Source: an uncultured Acidobacteriota bacterium
Lineage (GTDB): Bacteria; Acidobacteriota; UBA6911; RPQK01; JAPXNP01
NCBI GenBank assembly: GCA_963777605.1
Contig: CAVZRV010000008.1
Span: 192,001-256,000 of the forward strand
Length of the DNA stretch: 64,000 bases
Direction: 5' to 3'
The translations under genes were made by a program, and so were the position numbers. Positions 1 through 9,797 of the stretch are shown in pieces; within the stretch, counting starts at the first letter, position 1, and every line of letters begins with the position of its first letter. The notes beneath the pieces were generated by a model, which was not told the origin of the DNA, searched no databases, and worked only from the letters and a program-made list of their open reading frames with translations.

Positions 1-1298
1 GTCGCTCGACACATCCTCGAAAGAGGTACCGTTTCGATTTTTCAGCATGGTGTCGTGCTGCGCCGAGTTGTCCCCCAGGTAATCGACATCCCCGTTGGCC
101 GAGTAGATATCCTTCCAGCCGTCATTGTCGTAGTCGATGAAACCGTTGCTCCAGCCAGAGAATCTCCGGCTGAGATTGGCGACATTCGGGGGCGGGACAC
201 ACGTAATCGAAATACTCTGCCGCCCTGGTTCTCGAAACAGCGCCCAGACCTGGTCTGCAGGTTGTTGTAGAAGATGTCCGTCCACCCGTCGTTGTTGTAG
301 TCCTTGACGTCCATGCCCATGCCCGAGACAACGCGTGCGCCTCGGTCGTTGTAGGCCACGCCGAAGAGAGGGAATCCTCGTCGAAGGTGCCGTCTCCCTG
401 GTTCATGTAGAGGAAGTTCTGGGCCGGTGTCGTTGGCAATGAAGACATCGAGCCAGCCGTCGTGGTTGAAATCGGCGATGCCGATGCCCATGCCCTTTGC
501 CGGCCGCCTTGGAAAAGCCGGAAGACTCGGTCACGTCGGCGAACTTGCCCTCCCCAAGGTTGCGGTAGAGGGAATGAGGCACGGCGAGGAGGACTGAGGG
601 TTGCAGTAGAATTCCGCCCGTCCGCCCATGGAGCACAGGCCTTGTCGTCCCGCGGGTTCCAGTAGGTGTACTCGGATATGACAAGGTCGAGCAGGCCGTC
701 CCGGTCGTAGTCGAACCAGGCCGCAACCACGCTGAGCAGATCCTTCGGCTTGGTGTCCAACCCCGAGCCGGCGGTGATGTCGGAGAAGGTTCCGTCACCG
801 TTGTTTCGGTAGAGCGCGTTCGGACCGGCGTTGCAGATGAAAAGATCGGTGTCGCCGTCGTTGTCGTAGTCGCCGGCGGCAACTCCAAAAGAGAAATCCG
901 ATCTGGGCACCTTCGACACCGGCCTGCCTGGTGACGTCCTGGAATCGCCCGTCACCCAGGTTGCGCAGCAGGCAGTTGTAAAACGAAGGATCGCTCTTGA
1001 CCAGCTCCGGAAGCTTGGCCCCGTTGGTGAAGAAGATGTCCTGCTTGCCATCCAGGTCGAAGTCCAGGATTGCGACGCCTCCACACATGGGTTGGGGAAA
1101 GTATTTCCGCCCGGTGAAATCATTATTCGAGGTGTACTGGATTTCGGACCGGGGCGCCACGTTGAGAAACTGAATGGCCGGCGGTTCATCGGCGGTGCCG
1201 CCGAGTGCGACCTGAGCCATCAGGATCGTGGCCATCAGCCCGCCAAGTCTTCGAATCACCACAGGTCCTGCCGCACGGCGGCAGTTTGCTCGGACCAT
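1..1298 (-). CDS. CRTAC1/ASPIC-UnbV family FG-GAP repeat protein, runs off the window start; multiply frameshifted in this sequence
   Basis: FG-GAP-like motifs are spread over all three minus frames: GGVAILDFDLDGKQDIFF (795..1340), GVAAGDYDNDGDTDLF and AAWFDYDRDGLLDL (122..1189), LYRNLGEGKFADVT (403..888), GIGIADFNHDGWLDVFIAND and GMGMDVKDYNNDGWTDIF (42..491). ATG 1298 has GGAGAGG upstream. Confidence 0.8.
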
Positions 1299-1343
1299 CA
1301 ACCTCTCCACTGCGACGGGAATTTCTGAAGAAACCGACAAACC

Positions 1344-1352
1344 ATGATAACA
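1344..1352 (-). promoter_or_regulatory. Putative extended -10 promoter (TGtTATCAT) for the CRTAC1-like gene
   Basis: Minus strand reads TG-T-TATCAT in an AT-rich patch about 45 nt upstream of ATG 1298. Confidence 0.4.
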
Positions 1353-1461
1353 ATTTGCCGTTCACTGCTTCAGATGACGTTTGCAGCGCCCGCTGACCAA
1401 CGTTTCATGGTGAGCCTGGTACACGCCTTTGATTTCAGGCGCCTTGTTCGGACGTGCGCCC

Positions 1462-2829
1462 CTAACTCCAGAGCCGGTCCCAGGACCGAAGCTCGTTCCA
1501 CTCCGGGGTCGGTTCGAAGTACCCAGGCTCGTAGAGATGCTCGCGAATGACTTCTTCGTTCGGCTCGACCCCCAGCCCAGGCTGGTTGGGAACTGTAATG
1601 AAGCCATTCTGAACCAGAGGACGATCGAGGCCCGTGGCGAGCGCCTCCCAATGCTCAACGTCCACCCCGTGGTGTTCCAGGCAAAGGAAGTTCTCGGTAG
1701 CCGCTGCACAGTGGACGCTGGCCATCATCCCAATCGGAGTCCCGGCATAGTGCATCGCCATCACCACTCCGTTCTCCATGGCCATATCCCCGATTTTTTT
1801 GGTCTCGAGCAGGCCGCCGGCGGTCGAGAGGTCAGGGTGAATCACGTCAATCGCCTTGGCCTCGGCGAGGTGTCTGAACTCTTCCTTCAAGTAGATGTCT
1901 TCCCCGGTGCAAAGGGGAATGTTGATCGACTCTTTGATCTCCTTGAGCTGTTCCGTCATTTGCCAGGGAACCATGTCTTCCAGCCAGGCGAGTTGCTGCT
2001 TTTCCATGGCCTTGCCCAGGCGGATGCAGCTGTTCACTCCGATGTGTCCGAAATGGTCAGACGAGAGCGGGATCTCCATCCCGACGATGTCACGGATCCC
2101 GCCGACATAGTCCTGCAGGTAACCCAACCCCTTGTCGGTGATCTCCAGCCCTGTGAACGGGTGCATGACGTTGTTGACGTCCGCCAGCGTTTGGCCGACC
2201 GGGCGATTCAGGGCCCCGGGGATTTTGTCCAGCAGCCGGACCCCAAAGTCGACTTTGAGAAAGCTATACCCCGCGTCCATCCGCTCCTTCAGTCTGTTCC
2301 CTGCGATGCTCGGGTCAGGCGACTGCGTGGTATCGCAGTAGAGTCGGATCTTATCCCGAAACTTCCCCCCGAGCATCTGCCAGGCCGGGACGCCCCAGGC
2401 TTTGCCGGCCAGGTCCCAACAGGCCATCTCAATTGCCACAACACCCCCGGCCTGGCGTGCGTGGTGCCCGAACTGCTTGATTCGTCGGAAGATCTTATCG
2501 ACATTGCAGGGATTTTCCCCGAGAATCCGGCTCTTCAGCATCAGCGGGTAAAGCTTGTCCGCCCCATCTCTGACTTCTCCATAGCCGGAGATTCCCTGAT
2601 TCGTGTCGATGCGTACGATCGGGCTCTTCATCGGAGATGGACCTACCACGGCCACCCGGAGATCGGTGATCTTCAGGTCCGACGGACTACTGTTCCGGTT
2701 GACATTCTGGAGACCCGCTTCGAGTTTCTCAGAGAGGCTCCAGGCGGTTGCCAGGCCTCCGGCGGCGGCTCCGCGGGAGAAGAACGATCGGCGGTTGAAC
2801 AGGTTCGATTTCGGGCGCTTTCCTTGCAC
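1462..2829 (-). CDS. Mandelate racemase/muconate lactonizing enzyme (enolase superfamily) protein with Tat signal; probable sugar-acid dehydratase
   Basis: LKITDLR...IDTNQGISGYGE capping domain, IEMACWDLAGKAWGVP, FLKVD, WLED, CTGED, DVIHPD; N-terminal NRRSFF twin-arginine motif followed by a hydrophobic segment. Confidence 0.9.
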   Translation of the reverse strand: MQGKRPKSNLFNRRSFFSRGAAAGGLATAWSLSEKLEAGLQNVNRNSSPSDLKITDLRVAVVGPSPMKSPIVRIDTNQGISGYGEVRDGADKLYPLMLKSRILGENPCNVDKIFRRIKQFGHHARQAGGVVAIEMACWDLAGKAWGVPAWQMLGGKFRDKIRLYCDTTQSPDPSIAGNRLKERMDAGYSFLKVDFGVRLLDKIPGALNRPVGQTLADVNNVMHPFTGLEITDKGLGYLQDYVGGIRDIVGMEIPLSSDHFGHIGVNSCIRLGKAMEKQQLAWLEDMVPWQMTEQLKEIKESINIPLCTGEDIYLKEEFRHLAEAKAIDVIHPDLSTAGGLLETKKIGDMAMENGVVMAMHYAGTPIGMMASVHCAAATENFLCLEHHGVDVEHWEALATGLDRPLVQNGFITVPNQPGLGVEPNEEVIREHLYEPGYFEPTPEWNELRSWDRLWS

Positions 2830-2859
2830 GGCAATTCCCCTTTCCAGACAGTTCGGGCA

Positions 2860-2887
2860 ACTCTAGCACAGCCTTCCAGGCTGCCAA
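2860..2887 (-). promoter_or_regulatory. Putative sigma70 promoter TTGGCA-N16-TAGAGT with extended -10 TG
   Basis: Read directly on the minus strand 30 nt upstream of the GTG start at 2829. Confidence 0.5.
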
Positions 2888-3001
2888 AGTCTCGATTCGG
2901 GCTCGACCAGCTGTCCCCAGGAGAAGGCGCAGTCTTCGAGCAGTGGCTCCACTCCGGCGGGCGGCAGCGGATAAACGACTTGCTCGGAAGTTGATGTTGC
3001 T

Positions 3002-6000
3002 TCAATCGGAAGGAATTACCAGGACGAAGACGCTGCCCTTTTTAGGAGTGCTCCGGTATTTCATCCAGCCTCCCAGCAACGAGGCGCGCTCACGAATGCT
3101 GAAAAGACCAAAACCTTCTGTCCGCCCGATACTCTCGGGATCGAACCCGCTTCCGGCATCGACGACCGTCAGACGCACCTTCCCGTTCCGATGGCGCAGC
3201 CTGACTCGGGCTTCGCTCACCCCGGCATGTTTGACGACGTTGAAGAGCAGTTCCTGGGCCGCCTTGTAGACAAAAGACCGCAGCGTCTCCGACCCGAAAT
3301 CCGCTCCCTGGTCCACGTCCACGGTCACGTTCAAGCCACAGGTTTCCTGCATGCGTCGCCCGAGCCAGATCAAGGCGTCCCTCAAGCCACTTTGGTACAG
3401 GGCGGGCGGACTCAACTCGTGGGAGAGTCCGCGGGACTTATCGATCGATTCCAGGATCAAATGCCGAAGGCGTGCCATCAGGTCCTCGGCATCCTCGGAC
3501 GTCGCCAGCTTGTTGCCCAGTAAGTCCAGGTGGAGTTTCGCTCCTACCAGCAACTGTTGGAGGTCATCGTGCAGGATCCGGGCGAGCCGTCGCCTCTCCC
3601 GGTCTTCGACTTCGGAGAGTTCCATGGTCAGCCGCTGCAACTGAAGGGCGCGCTCTTCAAGCTCCCGAATCGTCCGAGCCAGCTCCTCCGTCCGTTCCGA
3701 AACCATCTGCTCGAGGCCTTCGGTCAGGGCGAGCAGGTCCGCCTCCATTTTCTTGCGCTGGGAAATATCGTAGAGAACGCCGATGATGCGCGGGCCGCCG
3801 TTTTCCTCGCTCACCACCCGGGCGCGCGCAGCAAGCCATATCGCGTTCCCGTTAGGGCGGGCTACCCGGAATTCCCCGTTGAACTCGGTCCGTTCCTCGA
3901 CAGCCCGCTTCATGAGGGACTGGAGGCGAGGCCGGTCCTCGGGATGCACGAATTGCAGAATTCCCCCGGCCGTCAGCTCTGGCGCCAGTCCCGGATCAAG
4001 GCCCAGCAGGTCAAAAACGCGATCACTCCACACGTTGGCTCCCGTTTCAATATCGACCTGCCACGTTCCCATGCGGCCTCCTTCCAGGGCCAACCGGAGA
4101 CGGTGTTCGTTCTCTCGCAGGGCCTGCTCCGCCAGTTTTCGCTCGGTGTCGTCGTAAACATAGCCTTTCAGCTGTGTCAGTTGCCCACGGTCGTCGAAGA
4201 TCCCGACAATGTTCTCGACAATGTGGAGGGGACTGCCGTCGATGCATCTACGTTCGCACTCGTACTGTTCGAGAACCTTCTTCTCCTGGATGAGCTTGAG
4301 GAACTCCTGCCACGAGTCCAAAGACGTGTGCAGACTGACCATGTCGCTCGCGAGCGCCTCTTCGAAACTGCCGAAATGAAACAGCTTCACAAACGAAGGG
4401 TTGCAGAACAGGATCCTGCCCTCCGGTGTTGCCAGAAAATCGCCAGTCAGGTCATCTTCGAAGAATCGACGGTACCTCTCCTCGCTCCTGATCACGGCCT
4501 CCTGGGCTTCAGCATGCGCTGCTCGAAGCCGAATTGCCGAAATGCCCTGGGAAAGGTCGTTGGCGAGCTCCATCAGCAGGCGCACCTCGTCATCGGAGAA
4601 GGGGTCCGCCTCCCGGGAATAAATCGAAATCGCTCCCAGGACATCGCCGGCAAATGCCAAAGGCAGAGAGATCGAAGATGCATACCCCCTCTTGAGGGCT
4701 TCATCTCGCCAGGGGGTGAACTTTGGATCTGTCCCTATATTCCGGCAGAGACTGGGCAACGCGGTGCGAATGGCGCTGCCGGCAGGCCCGAAGCCTCGTT
4801 CATTCGCCGACCAGGTAACCCGAAGTGTTTCCAGGTACCCCTCGTCAAATCCGGCTGATGCCACCGGACGCACGGTCTGCTCCGGATCGGCCTCTGCGTA
4901 GCCGATCCAGACCATGGCATACCCGCACTCTTCTACGACAATTCGGCAGATCTCCTGGAGAAGTGAACGCTCATCGGATTCACGTGTCAGTATATGGTTG
5001 CTGTCGCTCAGGGCCCTGAGCATCCGGTTTCGGGTCTGGAGTTCCAGTGCCGTGGATCGGAGCGAATCTTCGGCCTGCTTTCTGGCCGTGATGTCGTGGA
5101 TAATTCCGAGCGTCGAGATTGGCAAGCCGGCACGGTCCCCAACCAAGGTGACGGAAACGTCGACCCAGACCTCGCGGCCATCGTCAACCAGGTAGCGTTT
5201 CTCTCGTCTGTACTCCGAGAGCTTTCCGTCGAGAAGATCGCGGAAGTTTTTCGCGTCAACAATCCGATCGTCCGGATGGGTGATGTCCGCGAAAGTGCTG
5301 CGGAGCAACTCTTCGCGGGTTCTGCCCGCAATCTGGCAAAAGCGATCGTTGACCATAACAAATCGACCCGTCGCCGGGTCCGCCTGGGCCATGCCGACGG
5401 CGGCGAGTTCAAAGACCTTCCTGAATCGCTCCTCGCTCAGCCGGAGCTGCTCCTGGACGGCTTTGCGCGCAGTGATGTCCTGTCCCACCGCGATGTTCGC
5501 GACAACTCTCCCACTTGAATCCCTGACGGCCCGGTTCCGCCAAGACACCCAGACCCTTCTTCCGTCCTTCAGAACGTTCTCATTGACCGATTCGGAATAG
5601 CGATCCGGGCTCTCCTGCACGTCTTTTACGAGGTGTTCAAGGTTCCGGCCCGTACTTTCCACTCGAGGAAGCAGGATCGAAGTATCCTTTCCGATGATTT
5701 CGGCTTCTTCGTAACCGAAGAATTCCTGTGCTGCCCGGTTGAAGAATTCGATCTTCCCGTCGCGGCCGAACCTCAGAATGATGCTGTTGACATTTTCGAC
5801 CAGATCCTTGTATCTCTCCTCGCTGTTCTTCAGGGCCACCCATCTGCGACTGCGGACAACGGCGCCGGCAATCTGTTCGCCCACAGTCCGCATCAAGGTC
5901 AAGTCCTCCAAGGTGAAGTCAGCGCGATCGGTGGCCCCGAAGAGGAGAATCCCGATCAAGGAGGTGCCCACTTTCAAGGGGTGACACGAGCAGGTACGGA

Positions 6001-6406
6001 GGGACTTCGACCTGCAGAATTCCGCCCAATTGGAACAGTCCGTCGCCCGGGTCGAACATTCGAGTGTCGCGTCCGGGCGGTGGCCTTCGCCGTCACACCG
6101 GAGAATTCCGGGATCGACCGATTCAATGACAGGGTCCAGTCTGGGGTCGACCCCCGCAAAGGAACTCAGCTTGAGCTCGGCGGAATCCCCGTCGGACAGG
6201 TAGCAGAGAAAGACCCTGCAATCGAGATAGTGCAGGAGCTCTCGACAGATTTCACCAATGATGTCTTGCGGCCGATCGGTTGCATGAAGGCGCGAAGCCG
6301 CTGCAGCCACGACCTCCAAATGTCCTCTGGTCTGGTCCAAGAATTTACAGTCTACGCTCGGACTTTCCAAATCTCCAGCCTGCCAGAAAAGGCAGTGACA
6401 CTCCAC
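3002..6406 (-). CDS. Soluble GAF/PAS multi-sensor histidine kinase (HisKA_3, NarX/UhpB type)
   Basis: GAF-PAS-PAS-GAF-PAS-PAS order with repeated SEERYR/DITARK linkers; ERRRLARILHDDLQQ H-box; QELLFNVVKHA N-box; DAGSGFD and GFGLFSIRERA G-boxes; no transmembrane segment. Confidence 0.92.
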   Translation of the reverse strand: MECHCLFWQAGDLESPSVDCKFLDQTRGHLEVVAAAASRLHATDRPQDIIGEICRELLHYLDCRVFLCYLSDGDSAELKLSSFAGVDPRLDPVIESVDPGILRCDGEGHRPDATLECSTRATDCSNWAEFCRSKSLRTCSCHPLKVGTSLIGILLFGATDRADFTLEDLTLMRTVGEQIAGAVVRSRRWVALKNSEERYKDLVENVNSIILRFGRDGKIEFFNRAAQEFFGYEEAEIIGKDTSILLPRVESTGRNLEHLVKDVQESPDRYSESVNENVLKDGRRVWVSWRNRAVRDSSGRVVANIAVGQDITARKAVQEQLRLSEERFRKVFELAAVGMAQADPATGRFVMVNDRFCQIAGRTREELLRSTFADITHPDDRIVDAKNFRDLLDGKLSEYRREKRYLVDDGREVWVDVSVTLVGDRAGLPISTLGIIHDITARKQAEDSLRSTALELQTRNRMLRALSDSNHILTRESDERSLLQEICRIVVEECGYAMVWIGYAEADPEQTVRPVASAGFDEGYLETLRVTWSANERGFGPAGSAIRTALPSLCRNIGTDPKFTPWRDEALKRGYASSISLPLAFAGDVLGAISIYSREADPFSDDEVRLLMELANDLSQGISAIRLRAAHAEAQEAVIRSEERYRRFFEDDLTGDFLATPEGRILFCNPSFVKLFHFGSFEEALASDMVSLHTSLDSWQEFLKLIQEKKVLEQYECERRCIDGSPLHIVENIVGIFDDRGQLTQLKGYVYDDTERKLAEQALRENEHRLRLALEGGRMGTWQVDIETGANVWSDRVFDLLGLDPGLAPELTAGGILQFVHPEDRPRLQSLMKRAVEERTEFNGEFRVARPNGNAIWLAARARVVSEENGGPRIIGVLYDISQRKKMEADLLALTEGLEQMVSERTEELARTIRELEERALQLQRLTMELSEVEDRERRRLARILHDDLQQLLVGAKLHLDLLGNKLATSEDAEDLMARLRHLILESIDKSRGLSHELSPPALYQSGLRDALIWLGRRMQETCGLNVTVDVDQGADFGSETLRSFVYKAAQELLFNVVKHAGVSEARVRLRHRNGKVRLTVVDAGSGFDPESIGRTEGFGLFSIRERASLLGGWMKYRSTPKKGSVFVLVIPSD

Positions 6407-6498
6407 GGCTCAAAGAGCCGCCCTGAGGTCCGCTCGGGCATCAGACAACGTACCGGGTCAGGAACCGCGAAATCGTCCGATGGTGGAGCCAGGGGCTG

Positions 6499-6816
6499 AT
6501 GCACTGGATCACACTGGGATACCTGGTTTTCCTTGGACTTGGGTGTGCGGCTTTCGGGCGCTCGGTCTGGGAAACGGTCAAACTCGTCCGGTCCTCTTCT
6601 CAGATCGAGATTGCAGATCTCGAAAGCATTCCGCGAGACCTCCTGGGGAGGATCCAAACGCGGCAGGCCATCGGACTCGGACTGGAGGAGGAGGCACGGG
6701 ATGAAATCGAGCAGAATTGGCGATTTGAGCCGGCCAAACTCGATGGCAAACCGGTCAATGTAAATGCCACTATCGAGGTTCAGTTCGCGCTGAGGGACAA
6801 GTCTCCCAAGGAGTAG
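6499..6816 (+). pseudogene. Short ORF with an N-terminal TM helix and only the distal part of a TonB C-terminal domain; probable internally deleted remnant
   Basis: GLGLEEEARDEIEQNWRFEPAKLDGKPVNVNATIEVQF matches the end of TonB_C; the first TonB_C strands and the proline-rich linker are absent. Confidence 0.55.
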
Positions 6817-6884
6817 TCTGCCCGCGGCGAGGGGAGGGGTTCGGATGACCGGTCTTCCTTGTTCATAGGCTGAGGGGTTCTGCT

Positions 6885-8714
6885 TCAATAACCATTGCTG
6901 TCGCGATTCCTGCAAAACGCACCGATCGCCTCGAGCAGCTTATCGCCGAACTTCCGGACCTTCACTTTGCCCATCCCGTAGGTAGCTAGAAGGGCGCCGT
7001 TTGACGCCGGTCGGCAGCGCGCCAGTTCCCGCAGCGTTTTGTCACTGAAGATCTGAAATGCCGGCACGTTTTCTGCGTTCGCCAAATCCTTGCGCAATCG
7101 GCGAAGTTCCTCGAACAGTAAATGATCAACCCCCGCCCATGCCTCTTCTTCCCCAGCGGTCTTGGAGAGGCTCCATCCTTCGGGTTTGCGAAGCTGGACA
7201 TTTTGGGATCCACGCAGCACTTCGAGCGAGGTGTGATTCAGCTGTAACACCGGCAAGTTGCCCGACGTGCGCTCCAGGACGCCTCGGTCAATGAGCTGGA
7301 GGCAGAATTCCCGAATGAATCGGGCGGGAAGGTCGGCAAGTGCACCATAAGTCTTGATCCGTTGATGCCCATTCCTGCGAATTCTCTCCGTGTCCGCCCC
7401 TTTTAGAAACTCAACCACATAGGTAATGCCGAATCGCTGGTCCAACCGGTAAACCGCTGAAAGGATCTTCTCTGCAATCGTAACGGACTCGGGTACCGTG
7501 TCGACCTCCTCCAGGCAGACGTCGCATGCGCCGCACGATTGTTTCCCGTAAGCCTGGCCAAAGTACTCCGAAATTGCCGAATGACGGCATCGGTTCCGGG
7601 TGCAAAATGATTGCATCTCGTTGAGCAGTGCCTGCTGCGCGGAAAGGATCTCGGGAGGGGTCTCTAAATTCGAGGTGAGGAGAGATTGCCAGCGCGCAAC
7701 ATCGGAATACGAATAAAAGAGAACACATTCTGCTTCAAGACTGTCCCGACCGGCTCTTCCAGTCTCCTGCTGGTATTGTTCGATCGACCTCGGCATCGAC
7801 GCATGCACAATGCATCGAACATTGCTCCGGTCGATACCCATTCCAAAAGCGACCGTTGCAACAACCACGTTGAGCTTCTCGGTCGAAAAGGCGTCCTGGA
7901 TTCGTGCGCGGTCTTCCGGTTCGAGGCCGGCGTGATAGGCTTCGGCCTCCACGCCCGATTCCCGAAGGTATGAAGCCACGCTCTCTGTGTTACTTCTGCT
8001 CAGGCAGTAAACGATCACCGCTTCCCGGGGATGCCGGCCGATGACTTCAAGGACACGTTTATTAATCTGCGTCTTCGGTAGGATCCGGTACGTGAGGTTC
8101 GGACGATCGAATTGACCGACCAGCTCAACCACGTCGCGCAGCCCGAGTTGCTCGACAATGTCACTCCTGACCCGCGGTGTGGCCGTTGCGGTGAACGCGT
8201 GAAGGGTGGCATCGGGAAATTGCTGGCGGAGGAGGGACAGGCGACGGTAGTCATGGCGAAAATCATGGCCCCAATGACTGATGCAATGGGCCTCGTCGAT
8301 TGCGAAGCTCCCGATCTCGAGGCGACGCGCCAGGTTCAGAAATGCTTCTGTTTGTACCCGTTCCGGGGATACAAACAGAAGTCGATATTCCCCCTCGAGA
8401 GCCTTCTCCAGCACGCTTCGTTGTTCCGCGGGCCGCATTCCACTGTGAACTGAGGCCGCCGGATAACCGACCAGCTTCAGTCCATCGACCTGGTCCTTCA
8501 TCAGCGAAATGAGCGGAGAAACGACAATGTCTGTCTGTTTCTTGATCAGCGGCGGGATTTGGTAGCAGAGTGATTTCCCGCCCCCGGTCGGGAGTACCAC
8601 GAGAGAGTCCTTGCCGTGCAGCCTCGCTTTGACCGCGTCAAGTTGAAGCGGTCGAAGCGAATCGTAGCCCCATATTCTCTTGACGAGCTTCCCCACCTGA
8701 CTTTCGAGACTCAT
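6885..8714 (-). CDS. recQ: ATP-dependent DNA helicase RecQ
   Basis: LPTGGGKSLCYQ, VSPLISLMKDQV, IDEAHCISHWGHDFR, TATAT, ATVAFGMGID, YQQETGRAGRD, Zn motif CRH...CGACDVC, RQC and C-terminal HRDC (LFEELRRLRKDLA...VPAFQIFSDKTL). Confidence 0.96.
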   Translation of the reverse strand: MSLESQVGKLVKRIWGYDSLRPLQLDAVKARLHGKDSLVVLPTGGGKSLCYQIPPLIKKQTDIVVSPLISLMKDQVDGLKLVGYPAASVHSGMRPAEQRSVLEKALEGEYRLLFVSPERVQTEAFLNLARRLEIGSFAIDEAHCISHWGHDFRHDYRRLSLLRQQFPDATLHAFTATATPRVRSDIVEQLGLRDVVELVGQFDRPNLTYRILPKTQINKRVLEVIGRHPREAVIVYCLSRSNTESVASYLRESGVEAEAYHAGLEPEDRARIQDAFSTEKLNVVVATVAFGMGIDRSNVRCIVHASMPRSIEQYQQETGRAGRDSLEAECVLFYSYSDVARWQSLLTSNLETPPEILSAQQALLNEMQSFCTRNRCRHSAISEYFGQAYGKQSCGACDVCLEEVDTVPESVTIAEKILSAVYRLDQRFGITYVVEFLKGADTERIRRNGHQRIKTYGALADLPARFIREFCLQLIDRGVLERTSGNLPVLQLNHTSLEVLRGSQNVQLRKPEGWSLSKTAGEEEAWAGVDHLLFEELRRLRKDLANAENVPAFQIFSDKTLRELARCRPASNGALLATYGMGKVKVRKFGDKLLEAIGAFCRNRDSNGY

Positions 8715-8787
8715 ACTTCCGACACTCCCACACAATCTAACGTCCGACCTCGGAGATGTTCCGAGATTGAGCCCAGTCGTCAGTGCA

Positions 8788-9715
8788 TTAGCGACGCAGT
8801 TTTTTCGGATCGAACGCTACCGTCGCTCGTTTGTAAGAACACTGAACTGCATTGCCGGCAAAGGACTCATAGGGTGTCGAGACACAGTTGCCGGAGAGGA
8901 TATTCTGCACGCAGGCGATTTGTTCCTGCACGAACTCAGAGTCGAGCGGTTCTCCATGGCCGGGAAGAATTGTCTCAAACTCGCCGCTTCGATTGTCAAG
9001 CTGTTTCGAGAGACTGGAGATAGGTTTCGAGCGGCAAGCTGGCATCAAGAAACATCCAGACCAGAACGTTGTTGTTGTCGCCGGAAAAGAGGAGTTTTTT
9101 TTCGGCGTCCAGCAAGCAGATGCTGCCCCTCGTATGGCCAGGAACGGCAATAACTTCGAGCGACCTGTGCCCGAGGTCAAATCGAGTTCCCTCCTCGACA
9201 GGCACAAGGTCCGTCGAATCGAATACCAACCCATCCTGCAGGACCAGAGCACGAAACTGGGGAGTCTCTGTGAGCACTCGCCGGATGGTTTCGAAGTGAT
9301 ACTCCCTCGAACTGAACTGCCGGGCCATTGGAAAGTCGGAAGGGTGCGCATGAACTCTCCGAAACTGAAAATTTCCTCCCGCGTGGTCGGGGTGCCCGTG
9401 CGTATTGACAACGAGCAGGGGCTTGTCGGTCGGAGTGCGGACGAATCCCGCCAAGTCGGCAACCCCAGTACCTGTATCGATCAACAGTGCCTTTTCGTCC
9501 CCTTCGACGAGGTAGATGTTGTCTCCACCGTGATCGTCTATTTTCCAGACCCCTTCCGCCACAGGTGTCGTAGTAAACCAGTCCGCAGGAGCCGGCTCAC
9601 TGTTTTCCGTGATCAGATCATCGTCTGCCTGCTGGTCTCGCGGTTCCATGCAGCCGGGAGAGAGGCAGTATAGGAGCACGCCAAAGACGCTCAACCAGTT
9701 TCGATTATTTCTCAC
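8788..9715 (-). CDS. MBL-fold metallo-hydrolase lipoprotein with a 1-nt frameshift near 9004-9006
   Basis: LIDTG, THGHPDHAGG, PGHTRGS and LFSGD lie in 8996..9787; the terminal ILPGHG motif lies in the 8788 frame. Removing one A from CTC GAA ACAG joins them. Lipobox-like LSPGC. Confidence 0.8.
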
Positions 9716-9797
9716 GATAGTCCCTGTAGAAGTTGTTTGACCCAGTTCCCATGACGATTCCCGTGTTTGCCGAGGCCCTGCGTCCACTTGCCGTGAC

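Noticed and set aside
1429-2994. 521-aa plus-strand ORF antisense to the enolase-superfamily gene
   Set aside because: Shadow ORF typical of GC-rich codon usage, with no motifs; the minus-strand gene has clear family signatures.
8749-8765. CTCGGA-N5-TCCGAG hairpin as an intrinsic terminator between the MBL gene and recQ
   Set aside because: Short stem without a U-tract on either strand; it could be an operator near the recQ promoter, but support is too weak.
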